A DNA stretch of 64,000 nt, taken from an uncultured Pelagibacteraceae bacterium. Lineage in GTDB: Bacteria > Pseudomonadota > Alphaproteobacteria > Pelagibacterales > AG-422-B15. Both the position numbers and the translations under genes were made by a program. Where the stretch lies: positions 160,238-224,237 of the forward strand of contig CACNXQ010000001.1 of the NCBI GenBank assembly GCA_902624455.1, given 5' to 3'. The notes under the pieces were generated by a model. It was not told the DNA's origin and made no database searches. It worked only from the letters and a program-made list of their open reading frames with translations. How positions within the stretch are numbered: position 1 is the stretch's first letter; every line of letters starts with the position of its first letter. Shown one piece after another: positions 21,819 through 33,055 of this stretch.

Positions 21819-21868
21819 GATGGGCAAATGGCAAGGGGATATATCTAAAGAAACGCTATTTGCCCATC
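21819..21868. other. intergenic 14-bp stem-loop (candidate small RNA or bidirectional terminator)
   Basis: GATGGGCAAATGGC (21819-21832) pairs with GCTATTTGCCCATC (21855-21868), one G-U; 22-nt loop; lies between convergent sdhB and the Smr gene. Confidence 0.55.
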
Positions 21869-21943
21869 ATTAAAATTATATATAAGTAGCAAATGAAATA
21901 TTTAAACTGCAGATAGACTGCCAAATTGACACATGGTTAGGAA

Positions 21944-22177
21944 CTAATATCTTTTTTCAATTTTTACAACAAAGCTTCCACCGTGCCAACTTTCTTCGAT
22001 GTATCTTACTTGATGACTACTTTCAGACCAGTATTGAAACTCTTTTCTTATTTGACCACTCTTACCAGTTATAATTTCTACTTTAGTTATATTTTGAGTA
22101 TAGGCTTCATAAATGAAATCTGTAAATTCATTATAAGCTTCCTCAAGAGTGAATCCGTGAAGGTCTAGTTTCCTCAT
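21944..22177 (-). CDS. stand-alone Smr/MutS2 C-terminal domain protein
   Basis: LDLHGFTLEEA and IITGKSG motifs, GGSFVV end. Confidence 0.85.
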   Translation of the reverse strand: MRKLDLHGFTLEEAYNEFTDFIYEAYTQNITKVEIITGKSGQIRKEFQYWSESSHQVRYIEESWHGGSFVVKIEKRY

Positions 22178-22227
22178 ATTTTGATCATTGCCATCAACAA
22201 TATTTAATTTACAATACTTTTCATTCT

Positions 22228-23721
22228 ATGAAAAAAATTAATCATTTCATTAATGGTAAAGAGTATATAAGTAAATCCGATCGATTTGGTGATATTTTTA
22301 ATCCTGCAAGTGGAGAAAAAATAGGCTCAGTAAGCTTTGCTAATAAAGATGATGTTGCCTTGGCGATTCAAAATGCATCAGATGCTCAAAAGAAGTGGGC
22401 TGCAACACCACCTTTAGCCAGGTCTCGGGTGATGTTTAAATTCAAAGAACTAATTCTAAGAGACATGGATAAGCTTGCTTTAGAGTTAACAAACGAACAC
22501 GGCAAAATTTTAAGTGACTCAGTAGGATCATTAACCCGTGGTATGGAAGTAGTTGAATTTGCATGTGGAATACCTCACCTATTAAAGGGTGAATTTTCGG
22601 AAAATGTTGGAACTGAAATTGACAGCTGGAGTACAAGACAACCTCTAGGTGTTTGTGTTGGCATATCACCTTTTAACTTTCCAGCAATGGTTCCAATGTG
22701 GATGTTTGTGATGTCAATCGCGTGTGGAAACTCTTTCATTTTGAAACCAAGTGAAAAAGACCCAACTGTCCCGTATATGATGGGTGACATTTTAAAAGAA
22801 GCCGGGCTACCTGATGGAGTTTTCAATGTTATAAATGGCGATAAAGAGGCTGTTGATTTATTGATAACAGATCCAAAAGTTGAGTCTGTTAGCTTTGTAG
22901 GCTCGACGCCTGTTGCAGAATATATTTACCACACATCATCCAAACACAATAAACGAGTGCAGTCACTTGGTGGCGCTAAAAACCATATGATAGTAATGCC
23001 TGATGCTGACTTAGATCAAGTCGTTGATGGATTAATAGGGGCTGGATACGGCTCTGCTGGTGAAAGATGCATGGCTTTATCAGTTGCTGTTGCGGTGGGT
23101 GATGTAGGAGATAAATTAATAAAAAAATTAACTCCACGTGTTCAATCTTTAAAAGTTGGTCCAGGCACAGATCCTGAAGTAGAAATGGGACCACTCATAA
23201 GTAAACAACATTTAGACAAAGTTACCTCATTTGTTGATAGAGGTGTGCAAGAAGGTGCTGATTTGTTAGTTGATGGAAGGTCAATTAGTTTACAAGGTTA
23301 TGAAAATGGATATTTTATAGGAGGTTGTCTCTTCGATAACGTTCAAGAAAATATGAGCATTTATAAAGAAGAGATCTTTGGTCCTGTAATGTCAGTTGTA
23401 AGAAAACCGACTTTTAATGACGCACTAGACTTAGTAAATGGTCATGAGTTCGGGAATGGAACAACGATTTATACTAGAGATGGAGATACCGCTAGAGCAT
23501 TTGCTAATCAGTGTAAAATTGGAATGGTTGGAGTGAATGTTCCAATTCCTGTTCCAATGGCATTTCATAGTTTCGGAGGATGGAAAAGATCTTTATTTGG
23601 TGACCATGCAATGCATGGAATGGATGGAGTTAGGTTCTTCACGAGATTAAAAACTGTTACTTCAAGATGGCCGACAGGTATAAGACAAGGGGCCGAATTT
23701 ACAATACCAACTATGAAATAA
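22228..23721 (+). CDS. mmsA: CoA-acylating methylmalonate-semialdehyde dehydrogenase
   Basis: PFNFPAMVPMWM, KPSEKDP, SFVGSTP, GGAKNH, GSAGERCMA, FGGWKRS. Confidence 0.94.
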   Translation: MKKINHFINGKEYISKSDRFGDIFNPASGEKIGSVSFANKDDVALAIQNASDAQKKWAATPPLARSRVMFKFKELILRDMDKLALELTNEHGKILSDSVGSLTRGMEVVEFACGIPHLLKGEFSENVGTEIDSWSTRQPLGVCVGISPFNFPAMVPMWMFVMSIACGNSFILKPSEKDPTVPYMMGDILKEAGLPDGVFNVINGDKEAVDLLITDPKVESVSFVGSTPVAEYIYHTSSKHNKRVQSLGGAKNHMIVMPDADLDQVVDGLIGAGYGSAGERCMALSVAVAVGDVGDKLIKKLTPRVQSLKVGPGTDPEVEMGPLISKQHLDKVTSFVDRGVQEGADLLVDGRSISLQGYENGYFIGGCLFDNVQENMSIYKEEIFGPVMSVVRKPTFNDALDLVNGHEFGNGTTIYTRDGDTARAFANQCKIGMVGVNVPIPVPMAFHSFGGWKRSLFGDHAMHGMDGVRFFTRLKTVTSRWPTGIRQGAEFTIPTMK

Positions 23722-23784
23722 TATCTTGATTCTTATCTTGATTTAAAATACCTAGAAGTTAATTTACGAAACGTAATTACCTAC

Positions 23785-24747
23785 ATGCAAAATAAAAAAA
23801 TATCATTAATCGGAGCTGGTCAGATAGGTGGTACCCTTGCTCATTTAGCTGCAATAAAAGAGTTAGGTGATGTCGTGCTTTTTGATCTTGTCGCGGGTTT
23901 AGCTAAAGGTAAAGCCTTAGACATAGCTCAATCCTCAGCTATAGATGGTTTTAATACTTCACTGATGGGTACAGACAATTATGTGGATACTGCAAATTCA
24001 GATGTGATTATTATTACAGCAGGTGTTCCACGAAAACCAGGAATGACTCGAGATGATCTGTTGTCTACTAATTTAAAAATTATTAAACAAGTTGCTGACG
24101 GTATTAAAGATACTTCACCAAATGCTTTTGTAATCTGTATTACAAATCCACTTGATGTAATTGTTATGGCACTGCAGAAATATTCAGGAATACCAGAAAA
24201 CAAGGTAATCGGTATGGCTGGTGTTTTGGACACATCAAGATACAAATATTTTTTATCTCAGGAATTAAACGTACCAATTTCAGAAATTGATGCATTTGTA
24301 CTTGGTGGTCATGGCGACACTATGGTTCCTTTTCCAAATAAAACATTCATAAGTGGAAAACCACTAAGTAAATACATAGAAAACGGTAAGATTTCTCATC
24401 AAAGGTTAGAAGAAATTATTAACAGAACAAGATCGGGGGGCGCGGAAGTTGTTAAATTATTGGAAACTGGATCTGCATTTTATGCACCAGCCGCTTCTGG
24501 GATTGAAATGGCAGAGTCTTACTTAAAAGATCAAAAGAAAGTACTTCCTTGTGCTGCTTACTTAAATGGTCAATATGGACAAAATAACATTTATGCTGGT
24601 GTTCCTGTAAAAATTGGCTCAGGGGGAATTGAAGAAGTAATTGAAGTTAGTCTCGATGAAGATGAAAAAAAGAATTTCGATGTTTCAATTAATGCAGTAA
24701 AAGAATTACTTGATGCTGCAAAGAAAATTGATCCAAACTTAGAATAG
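23785..24747 (+). CDS. mdh: malate dehydrogenase
   Basis: [39 protein letters not shown]. Confidence 0.97.
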   Translation: MQNKKISLIGAGQIGGTLAHLAAIKELGDVVLFDLVAGLAKGKALDIAQSSAIDGFNTSLMGTDNYVDTANSDVIIITAGVPRKPGMTRDDLLSTNLKIIKQVADGIKDTSPNAFVICITNPLDVIVMALQKYSGIPENKVIGMAGVLDTSRYKYFLSQELNVPISEIDAFVLGGHGDTMVPFPNKTFISGKPLSKYIENGKISHQRLEEIINRTRSGGAEVVKLLETGSAFYAPAASGIEMAESYLKDQKKVLPCAAYLNGQYGQNNIYAGVPVKIGSGGIEEVIEVSLDEDEKKNFDVSINAVKELLDAAKKIDPNLE

Positions 24748-24751
24748 AAAC

Positions 24752-25909
24752 ATGAACATACACGAACATCAGGCGAAAGATATATTTAGAGAATACAACA
24801 TTCCAGTTTCATCTGGAGAAGTTGCTTATCAAAAAAATGAAATTGAAAATGTCGTAAATAAAGTTGACGGACCTATCTGGGTAGTGAAGGCTCAAATTCA
24901 CGCTGGTGGGAGAGGTAAAGGTGGAGGTGTGAAGGTAGTGGACTCTCCTGAAAAAGCTATTGAAGAGGCAAATAAAATGTACGAAATGAATTTAATTACT
25001 CCACAAACAGGGCCCTCTGGAAGAATAGTAAAAAGGATTTATATTGAGCATGGCTCAGATATTGAAAAAGAACTTTATTTGTCATGTTTAGTAGATAGAG
25101 CGACAAGTAAAGTGGCTTTTATTGTATCAAAAATGGGCGGAATGGATATTGAGGCTGTTGCAGAAGATACACCTGAAAATATTACTACAGTTATTATCGA
25201 GCCATCGATTGGAGTAAGCGAGAAAAATATAAATGAAATGTCCAATGCGCTTGAAATTAGTGAAGCTCAGAGTGGACAGTTCTCTCAACTTGTTAAAAAT
25301 TTGTATCAATTTTTTATTGAAAAAGATGCTAGTTTAGTTGAAATAAATCCTCTTATAGTTACCACTGAAAAAAAACTTCTTTGCTTGGACGCAAAAGTAA
25401 ATTTTGACGAAAATGCACTTTTTAAACATCCTGAAATTGAGAATTTAAGAGATCCTAATGAAGAAGATATTCATGAACAAGAAGCCTCCAAACACGATTT
25501 AGCTTACATAAAGCTCGATGGTAATATTGGCTGCATGGTTAATGGTGCAGGTTTAGCGATGGCCAGTTTAGATATTATTAAACTATATGGAGGCGAGCCA
25601 GCAAACTTTCTTGATGTTGGCGGTGGAGCTTCAAAAGAGAAAGTAACTAATGCTTTTAAAATTATACTTTCAGACAAGGGAGTTAAAGGTATTTTAGTTA
25701 ATATATTTGGTGGCATCATGCGATGTAATATTATTGCAGAAGGAATAATTGCAGCAGCAAAAGAATTAGAAATTTCAGTACCACTTGTTGTTCGATTAGA
25801 GGGTACTAATGTTGAGGAAGGAAAAGCAATTCTTGAAAAATCAGATGTAGATGTAATTGCTGCAAATGATTTAGATGATGCCGCAAAAAAAATAGTAAAG
25901 TTGGTATAG
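24752..25909 (+). CDS. sucC: succinyl-CoA synthetase beta subunit
   Basis: [41 protein letters not shown]. Confidence 0.98.
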   Translation: MNIHEHQAKDIFREYNIPVSSGEVAYQKNEIENVVNKVDGPIWVVKAQIHAGGRGKGGGVKVVDSPEKAIEEANKMYEMNLITPQTGPSGRIVKRIYIEHGSDIEKELYLSCLVDRATSKVAFIVSKMGGMDIEAVAEDTPENITTVIIEPSIGVSEKNINEMSNALEISEAQSGQFSQLVKNLYQFFIEKDASLVEINPLIVTTEKKLLCLDAKVNFDENALFKHPEIENLRDPNEEDIHEQEASKHDLAYIKLDGNIGCMVNGAGLAMASLDIIKLYGGEPANFLDVGGGASKEKVTNAFKIILSDKGVKGILVNIFGGIMRCNIIAEGIIAAAKELEISVPLVVRLEGTNVEEGKAILEKSDVDVIAANDLDDAAKKIVKLV

Positions 25910-25914
25910 TATAG

Positions 25915-26790
25915 ATGTCAGTTATTGTTAATAAGAATACAAAAGTTATTTGTCAGGGCTTCACGGGTTCTCAAGGAACTTTTCATTCTGAACAAGCCAT
26001 TAAGTATGGTACTCAAATGGTTGGAGGTGTTACACCAAAAAAAGGCGGATCAACTCACTTAGATCTTCCTGTATTTGATACTGTTCAAGAAGCAAAAGAT
26101 AAAACAGGAGCAAATGCAAGCGTTATATATGTTCCACCAGCCTATGCGGCTAATGCAATTATTGAAGCTATGGAGAGTGAAATCGAACTAATTGTTTGTA
26201 TCACAGAAGGAATCCCTGTCTTAGACATGATGAAAGTCAAAGATAAACTTACAGGTTCAAAATCAAGATTAATCGGTCCCAACTGCCCAGGAATTATTAC
26301 GCCGGATGAATGTAAAATTGGAATCATGCCAGCTCATATTCATAAAAAGGGAAGCGTTGGAATTGTCTCAAGATCTGGAACTCTGACTTATGAAGCTGTT
26401 TATCAAACCACTATTGCAGGAATGGGCCAATCGACTTGTATCGGGATTGGTGGAGATCCAATTAATGGAACAAATTTCATTGACTGTTTAGAACTTTTCT
26501 TAAATGACCCTGAAACTGAGTCTATAATTATGATTGGAGAAATAGGAGGTTCTGCGGAGGAAGAAGCAGCAGAATTCTTATCGCAACAAAAAACAAAGAA
26601 ACCGATGGTTGGTTTTATTGCAGGAACATCAGCGCCACCCGGAAGGAGAATGGGGCATGCCGGGGCAATCGTTTCAGGCGGAAAAGGCGGTGCAGAAGAT
26701 AAAATTGAAGCCATGAAAAAAGCTGGAATTCATATTTCAAACTCCCCAGCAGCATTAGGTTCAACTTTACTTGAGGTGTTAAAGAATTGA
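25915..26790 (+). CDS. sucD: succinyl-CoA synthetase alpha subunit
   Basis: [26 protein letters not shown]. Confidence 0.98.
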   Translation: MSVIVNKNTKVICQGFTGSQGTFHSEQAIKYGTQMVGGVTPKKGGSTHLDLPVFDTVQEAKDKTGANASVIYVPPAYAANAIIEAMESEIELIVCITEGIPVLDMMKVKDKLTGSKSRLIGPNCPGIITPDECKIGIMPAHIHKKGSVGIVSRSGTLTYEAVYQTTIAGMGQSTCIGIGGDPINGTNFIDCLELFLNDPETESIIMIGEIGGSAEEEAAEFLSQQKTKKPMVGFIAGTSAPPGRRMGHAGAIVSGGKGGAEDKIEAMKKAGIHISNSPAALGSTLLEVLKN

Positions 26791-26812
26791 CATTATTGTA
26801 TAGATTGAGTCG

Positions 26813-29770
26813 ATGACCAAGATACAACCTAATGACATTTTTGAAAGAACATCATTTTTACATGGTTCCAATACTGTTTATATAGAACAGATGTATGAAA
26901 AATTTAGGTCTAATCCTCAGGACGTACCCAATGATTGGAACGAATTTTTTACCAACATAAAATCAAAACTAGAAAATGAAAATTTATTAAGAGCAAGCTG
27001 GGATAAAAATTCATCACAGATTAAAGATGAATACTTAGATACTATCGACAATTATAAATTTAAAGAAGCTCAAATTGACCGTTCTTCAAAGAATAACGAA
27101 TTTGAAACAACTGACTTTAAAGAGCAGATAATTGACTCAATACGAGCAATACGATTAATAAGGGCTTACAGAGTCAATGGTCACTTGGCAGCTAATCTCG
27201 ATCCTCTCAACTTAAAAGAGATAAGAAATTATCCTGAATTAGATTTTAAAAATTACGGTTTTCAAGCTAGTGATTTAAATAAAAAAATATTTATTGACGG
27301 TAGTCTTGGTCTAAACTTTGCAACTCTTGAAGAGATTATTTCGGTTTTAAAAGATACATACTGTGGCTCAATAGGTGTTGAATTTGTGCATATTCAAGAT
27401 GCCAACCAAAAACAATGGGTCCAAGAAAGAATTGAGGAAGTAAGAAACAAAACTCAATTTACACCGAAGGGAAAAATAGGGATATTCAATAGACTACTTG
27501 AAGCTGAAATGTTTGAACAATTTTTGGATAAAAAGTTCATCGGCACGAAACGATTTGGTCTAGTTGGCAGTGAGGCAGCGGTACCTGGAATAGAGCAGAT
27601 AATTAAACAAAGTTGCATATCTAATATCGAGGACATTTATATAGGTACAGCTCACAGAGGGCGACTAACACTTTTATCATCTGTAATGGAAGTTCCATTA
27701 AGATCTATTTTAGCTAAATTTCAAGGAGGAGGAGAGGATCCAAATGAAGTTCTCGGGTCAGGAGATGTCAAGTATCACTTAGGTATTTCAAGCGACAGAG
27801 AATTTAATGATAAAAAAATACACTTATCACTTACTCCTAATCCATCTCACTTAGAAGCAGTAGACCCTGTTGTTGTAGGAAAAGTAAGAGCTCAACAAAC
27901 AATACTAGAAGACAAGACTAACGATAAAGTAATTGGACTATTAATTCATGGAGATGCAGCAATGGCTGGACAAGGCGTAGTTGCTGAAACATTCGCAATG
28001 TCTCAATTAAGAGGGTTTAGAACAGGTGGAACTATACATTTTGTAATTAATAATCAAATCGGTTTTACTACCACACCTCATTATGGCCGCTCAGCGCCTT
28101 ACTGCACAGAAATTGCGAAGATAATTCAAGCCCCTATTTTTCATGTTAATGGAGATGATGTAGAGGCAGTTGTTCATGTTTGTAGATTGGCTGTTGAATT
28201 TAGAAATAAATTTAAAACTGATGTTGTCGTAGATATGTTTTGTTATAGAAGAGCAGGTCATAATGAAATGGACCTTCCTGAGTTTACTCAGCCTTTGATG
28301 TACCAAAAAATTAAAGAACATCCTACAACTCTTCAAACATATGAAAAGACATTAAAAGAAGAAGGAGTTCTTGATGATGCAGAGTTATCTAGAATTAAAG
28401 AAGAATATAAAAATAAATTAGAGGAAGAACTAAAGCTTTCAAAGAATTTTAAATCGAATAAAGTTGATTGGCTTGAGGGATCTTGGAAAGGTATAACAAC
28501 AGCAACATTTGATGCTCGTAGGGGCAATACTTCAATTACCAAAGATTTACTTTTTAAACTTGCAGAAGAGATACATAAAATACCTGAAGGATTTAATGTT
28601 CATAAAAGAATCAAAAAAATTTATGATGAGAGATTAGAAAATATTATTCATAACGACGCAATTGATTGGTCAACTGCAGAGTCATTAGCGTTTGCTTCTT
28701 TGCTTTCAGAAGGATATGGAGTCCGCTTATCTGGGCAGGATTCTGGAAGAGGTACTTTTAGTCAAAGGCATGCTGTATTATATGATCAAGTAAATGAAAA
28801 AAGATTTGTTCCTCTACGGCATTTTAGAGAGAAACAAGGTTTTTTTGAAATTATTGATAGTTTTTTGTCAGAATACGGTGTTTTAGGATTTGAATATGGA
28901 TATTCTCAGGTTGATCCAAAAACGCTTGTTTTATGGGAAGGTCAGTTTGGAGATTTTGTAAATAATGCTCAAACTATTATTGATCAGTTTATTACAACAG
29001 GTGAGAGAAAATGGCTAAGAATGTCTGGAATAACTCTTTTACTTCCGCACGGGCATGAAGGTCAAGGACCTGAACATACCAGTGGTAGGCTTGAGAGATT
29101 CCTTCAACTTTGTGCAGAAGATAATATTCAAGTTGTTAATTGTACTTCTCCTGCAAATTATTTTCATGTCTTAAGAAGGCAGCTTTTACGCGAATTTAGA
29201 AAGCCATTAATAATTATGACGCCAAAATCAACTTTACGTCATAAAAAAAACGTTTCTCCTGTATCAGATTTTATAAATGACTCAACATTTCATCGAATTT
29301 TGAGAAAAGAACTAACATCAAATGAAAAAAATCAAATTAATAGGCTACTTATATGTTCAGGGAAAATATTTTTTGAATTACAAGATGAAATAGATAAATT
29401 AAAATTAAAAAATATTTTAATCTTAAGATTAGATCAATTGTATCCATTCCCTTACGAAGTTCTTAAGGATGAGTTGAGTCAATATCCCGAAGCTGATATT
29501 TTTTGGGTTCAAGAAGAGCCCTCTAATATGGGAGCTTATCGATTTGTAAAACATAGAATAGAATCAGTTGCTAAATCTGTTAGAGGATATCAGGAAGAAA
29601 TATTATTTATTGGAAGACAAGCATCAGCTTCCCCAGCAACTGGAATAAGTTCAAGACATAATGAAAACCAAAAGAATATCATTAATCTTGCTATTAACGC
29701 CGACAAAAAAGAAATATATGAAAATAAAGATGGTGTGTCTTTAGTAAAGTTTAAACTGCCGATTGAATAA
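26813..29770 (+). CDS. sucA: 2-oxoglutarate dehydrogenase E1
   Basis: AYRVNGH, HRGR, GDVKYH, NPSHLE, HGDAA, NNQIGFTT, RLSGQD; sucCD-sucA-sucB-lpdA order. Confidence 0.93.
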   Translation: MTKIQPNDIFERTSFLHGSNTVYIEQMYEKFRSNPQDVPNDWNEFFTNIKSKLENENLLRASWDKNSSQIKDEYLDTIDNYKFKEAQIDRSSKNNEFETTDFKEQIIDSIRAIRLIRAYRVNGHLAANLDPLNLKEIRNYPELDFKNYGFQASDLNKKIFIDGSLGLNFATLEEIISVLKDTYCGSIGVEFVHIQDANQKQWVQERIEEVRNKTQFTPKGKIGIFNRLLEAEMFEQFLDKKFIGTKRFGLVGSEAAVPGIEQIIKQSCISNIEDIYIGTAHRGRLTLLSSVMEVPLRSILAKFQGGGEDPNEVLGSGDVKYHLGISSDREFNDKKIHLSLTPNPSHLEAVDPVVVGKVRAQQTILEDKTNDKVIGLLIHGDAAMAGQGVVAETFAMSQLRGFRTGGTIHFVINNQIGFTTTPHYGRSAPYCTEIAKIIQAPIFHVNGDDVEAVVHVCRLAVEFRNKFKTDVVVDMFCYRRAGHNEMDLPEFTQPLMYQKIKEHPTTLQTYEKTLKEEGVLDDAELSRIKEEYKNKLEEELKLSKNFKSNKVDWLEGSWKGITTATFDARRGNTSITKDLLFKLAEEIHKIPEGFNVHKRIKKIYDERLENIIHNDAIDWSTAESLAFASLLSEGYGVRLSGQDSGRGTFSQRHAVLYDQVNEKRFVPLRHFREKQGFFEIIDSFLSEYGVLGFEYGYSQVDPKTLVLWEGQFGDFVNNAQTIIDQFITTGERKWLRMSGITLLLPHGHEGQGPEHTSGRLERFLQLCAEDNIQVVNCTSPANYFHVLRRQLLREFRKPLIIMTPKSTLRHKKNVSPVSDFINDSTFHRILRKELTSNEKNQINRLLICSGKIFFELQDEIDKLKLKNILILRLDQLYPFPYEVLKDELSQYPEADIFWVQEEPSNMGAYRFVKHRIESVAKSVRGYQEEILFIGRQASASPATGISSRHNENQKNIINLAINADKKEIYENKDGVSLVKFKLPIE

Positions 29771-29796
29771 ATAATACAAAGTGTTAAATAATAATT

Positions 29797-31074
29797 ATGG
29801 CTATTGAAATAAAGGTACCGTCCCTTGGAGAAAGTGTTGTTGAGGCGACTATAGCTAAGTGGCATAAAAATGAAGGCGATCAAGTTGACGTTGATGAACC
29901 AATACTAGAACTTGAAACAGATAAAGTAACTTTAGAAGTGCCCTCTCCATCAGCTGGAGTTGTTGCTAATATCTCCCATAATGAAGGCGATGTTGTCGAA
30001 GTAGGTGCTGTTTTAGGTACTATTGATGAAACAGCTCAAGTTTCGAAATCGCAGGCTGCACCTGTTGAAATAAATCAAACTCCAATAGTTGAAGTTCAAG
30101 AAAAACCTTCTGATCCAACTCCAGATAAAATTATTAACAACAAAATTGAAAAAGAAGTAAAGAGTCAAAATCTTGAAACTTCAGATAATAAATTAACCAG
30201 TAAAAAATTGTCACCAGCTGTCAGAAAGCAAGTTATTGAAAAAAGTATTGATGTGAATTCTATAATTCCAAAAAGAGATGATGGACGTATAACTAAATCA
30301 GACTTACTTAACCAAAAAGCCAATGTTTATGAACCTAATCCTAGACTCTCTTCCAAATCAAATGAGCATACTGTTGGGCAGGAGGAGAGAGTGCCAATGT
30401 CCAGATTAAGGCAGACAATTGCAAAACGCTTAAAAGATGCACAAAATAATGCTGCTATTTTAACAACATTTAATGAAGTAGATATGAGTGAATTAATAAG
30501 AACTAGGAATGACTATAAGGACTCTTTTCAAGAGAAGTATGGTGTCAAATTGGGATTCATGTCTTTTTTTGCAAAAGCCTGTGTTACAGCTCTGAAAGAA
30601 GTTCCCGAAGTAAATGCAGAAATTGAAAATGAAGATGTCATATATAAAAACTATTATAATATTGGCGTAGCTGTTGGAACCGAACAAGGTCTTGTAGTTC
30701 CAGTTGTTAACAAAGCTGATAGTAAATCGCTAGTTGAAATTGAAAAAGAAATCTTTGAATTAGGCAATAAAGCAAGAGATGGGAAACTAAGTATTGCTGA
30801 TATGCAAGGTGGTACATTTACAATCTCTAATGGAGGTGTTTATGGTTCTTTAATGTCCACACCAATATTAAATCCCCCTCAGTCAGGTGTTTTGGGCATG
30901 CATAAAATTGAGGATAGACCAATTGTTGTTAACGGTGAAATCAAAATAAGACCTATGATGTATTTAGCTTTGTCTTATGATCACAGATTAGTAGATGGTA
31001 AGGGTGCAGTTACGTTTCTTGTAAGAGTGAAAGAAAGCTTAGAAGATCCAAATAGAATTTTGTTAGGAGTCTAA
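29797..31074 (+). CDS. sucB: dihydrolipoamide succinyltransferase E2
   Basis: Lipoyl [32 protein letters not shown]. Confidence 0.97.
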   Translation: MAIEIKVPSLGESVVEATIAKWHKNEGDQVDVDEPILELETDKVTLEVPSPSAGVVANISHNEGDVVEVGAVLGTIDETAQVSKSQAAPVEINQTPIVEVQEKPSDPTPDKIINNKIEKEVKSQNLETSDNKLTSKKLSPAVRKQVIEKSIDVNSIIPKRDDGRITKSDLLNQKANVYEPNPRLSSKSNEHTVGQEERVPMSRLRQTIAKRLKDAQNNAAILTTFNEVDMSELIRTRNDYKDSFQEKYGVKLGFMSFFAKACVTALKEVPEVNAEIENEDVIYKNYYNIGVAVGTEQGLVVPVVNKADSKSLVEIEKEIFELGNKARDGKLSIADMQGGTFTISNGGVYGSLMSTPILNPPQSGVLGMHKIEDRPIVVNGEIKIRPMMYLALSYDHRLVDGKGAVTFLVRVKESLEDPNRILLGV

Positions 31075-31076
31075 TT

Positions 31077-32468
31077 TTGGAAAAGTTTGATATTGCAATC
31101 ATAGGCGGTGGACCTGCTGGATACGTCTGTGCAATCAGGGCTGCCCAACTTGGCTACTCAGTATGTTGTATTGAGAAAGGCAAAACATTAGGTGGTACGT
31201 GTTTAAATATTGGTTGCATTCCATCGAAGTCATTATTACATACATCACATCTATTTAAACAGTCTTCAAATTTAGAGAGTTTTGGAATTTCTTTTTCAGG
31301 ACTTGCTTTTGATTTGAGTCAGATCATGAAAACAAAAGAAGCAAGCGTGGACTCGTTAACTAAAGGCGTAGATTTTCTATTTAAAAAAAATAAGATAAAA
31401 CATAAACAGGGATTTGCTAAATTTATTGACTCCAATCAAATCCAAATTTTAAGTGAAAATGGTGACGAGATAATTTCAGCAGATAAAATAGTCATAGCCA
31501 CCGGTTCAGTTGCAACCTCACCGGAAAATATTGTGATTGATGAGAAAGATGTATTGTCATCTACTGGTGCTCTGAGTTTGAGTTCCGTACCAGATCATCT
31601 AATAATAGTTGGCGCTGGTTACATTGGGCTAGAACTTGGATCTGTATGGTCACGATTTGGAGCAAAGGTTACAGTAATAGAATACCAAGACCGCATTCTT
31701 CCGGGTATGGATAAAGAAATAGCAAATTCTTTTCAAAAAATACTAATCAAACAAGGTTTTGAGTTTAGATTATCCACTTCTTTAAAAACGATTACTAAGA
31801 AAGAAGAAAAACTATCAGTACAGGTTGAAAATGGTGGACAATCTATTGATATCGATTGTGATAAAGTTTTGGTTGCTACAGGAAGAAAACCTTATACCTT
31901 CGGATTAGACCTAGAAAAAGTGGGAGTAAAACTAAATAATAATGGACAAATAGAAACGAATGATATGTTTCAATCTTCCATTAAAAATATTTATGCAATT
32001 GGAGATGCCAAATCTGGGCCAATGTTAGCTCATAAAGCGTCAGAGGAAGGAACGGCAGTAGCAGAACTAATTTCAGGTCAGGCCGGTCATGTCAATTATA
32101 ATACAATACCTTCAGTTATTTACACTTCACCTGAAGTTGCATCTGTAGGTAAGACAGAAGAAGAATTAAAACTACAAAACATTAAATTCAAAGTTGGTAA
32201 ATTTCCATTCTCAGCTAATGCTAAAGCTAAAGTCATGAATGACACTAATGGCTTTGTTAAAATAATATCTGACAATGAAACAGATGAAGTTCTTGGTGTT
32301 CATATAATAGGTAGTGATGCTGGGAATTTAATTGCTGAACTTGTTGTAGCAATGGAGTTTGGGGCTTCTGCAGAAGATTTAGCTAGAACATGTCATGCCC
32401 ATCCGACATTAACAGAGTCAATAAAAGAAGCGGCTTTAAATGTTGAGAAAAGCTCCATTCATATTTAA
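31077..32468 (+). CDS. lpdA: dihydrolipoamide dehydrogenase E3
   Basis: GGGPAGY, GGTCLNIGCIPSK, MLAHKA, HAHPTLTE; TTG start. Confidence 0.97.
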   Translation: MEKFDIAIIGGGPAGYVCAIRAAQLGYSVCCIEKGKTLGGTCLNIGCIPSKSLLHTSHLFKQSSNLESFGISFSGLAFDLSQIMKTKEASVDSLTKGVDFLFKKNKIKHKQGFAKFIDSNQIQILSENGDEIISADKIVIATGSVATSPENIVIDEKDVLSSTGALSLSSVPDHLIIVGAGYIGLELGSVWSRFGAKVTVIEYQDRILPGMDKEIANSFQKILIKQGFEFRLSTSLKTITKKEEKLSVQVENGGQSIDIDCDKVLVATGRKPYTFGLDLEKVGVKLNNNGQIETNDMFQSSIKNIYAIGDAKSGPMLAHKASEEGTAVAELISGQAGHVNYNTIPSVIYTSPEVASVGKTEEELKLQNIKFKVGKFPFSANAKAKVMNDTNGFVKIISDNETDEVLGVHIIGSDAGNLIAELVVAMEFGASAEDLARTCHAHPTLTESIKEAALNVEKSSIHI

Positions 32469-33055
32469 TTATCTCTTAAATTAAGAACATATCCCATTGA
32501 AAGTATCCAGGCTGCAATAAAAATGTGATATAGATGAAAACTTAAATCTGCGCCTAAACTTTCTGCAAATAAACCTCTCTTACTTAAAAATAAGAAGCCA
32601 AAAATTAAAATAGACATCAAAATTCCATTTAAAATTTTCTTTGCAATTATTTTTTCACATAAAAAAATTGAAAGAATTATGGAAACTATAGACCAAAGAT
32701 AGATTAAATTAAGTAATAACAATTTAGGAAATAGAAGTGCACCAAGTATAGAAACTAAAGCGATTAAAAATATATACTTTCCAAAATTCTTCAAATAAGA
32801 ATTAAATATAAGTTGAGTTGAAACCAATGATAGCGCAGATATACCAGCATATAAGGCTAGTATTTTGTTTATTTGAACTATTAATTCTGAATTAATTATT
32901 CCAAATCGAACAGCGCCGATAGCTGCTGTTAGGCCAAGCAAAAGAATACCAATTAAAGCAAAATAATTCTTGTTTGTGGTAAGTTGGCGGGCAGTATAAA
33001 GAGATGCAACTACTATGAGTATTTCACTTAACGCATAATGCGCAGGTGGTATCAT
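32465..33055 (-). CDS. multi-pass membrane protein of unknown function
   Basis: About 6-7 hydrophobic segments, N-terminal His, C-terminal FHLYH; coupled to the upstream desaturase gene. Confidence 0.7.
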   Translation of the reverse strand: MIPPAHYALSEILIVVASLYTARQLTTNKNYFALIGILLLGLTAAIGAVRFGIINSELIVQINKILALYAGISALSLVSTQLIFNSYLKNFGKYIFLIALVSILGALLFPKLLLLNLIYLWSIVSIILSIFLCEKIIAKKILNGILMSILIFGFLFLSKRGLFAESLGADLSFHLYHIFIAAWILSMGYVLNLRDN

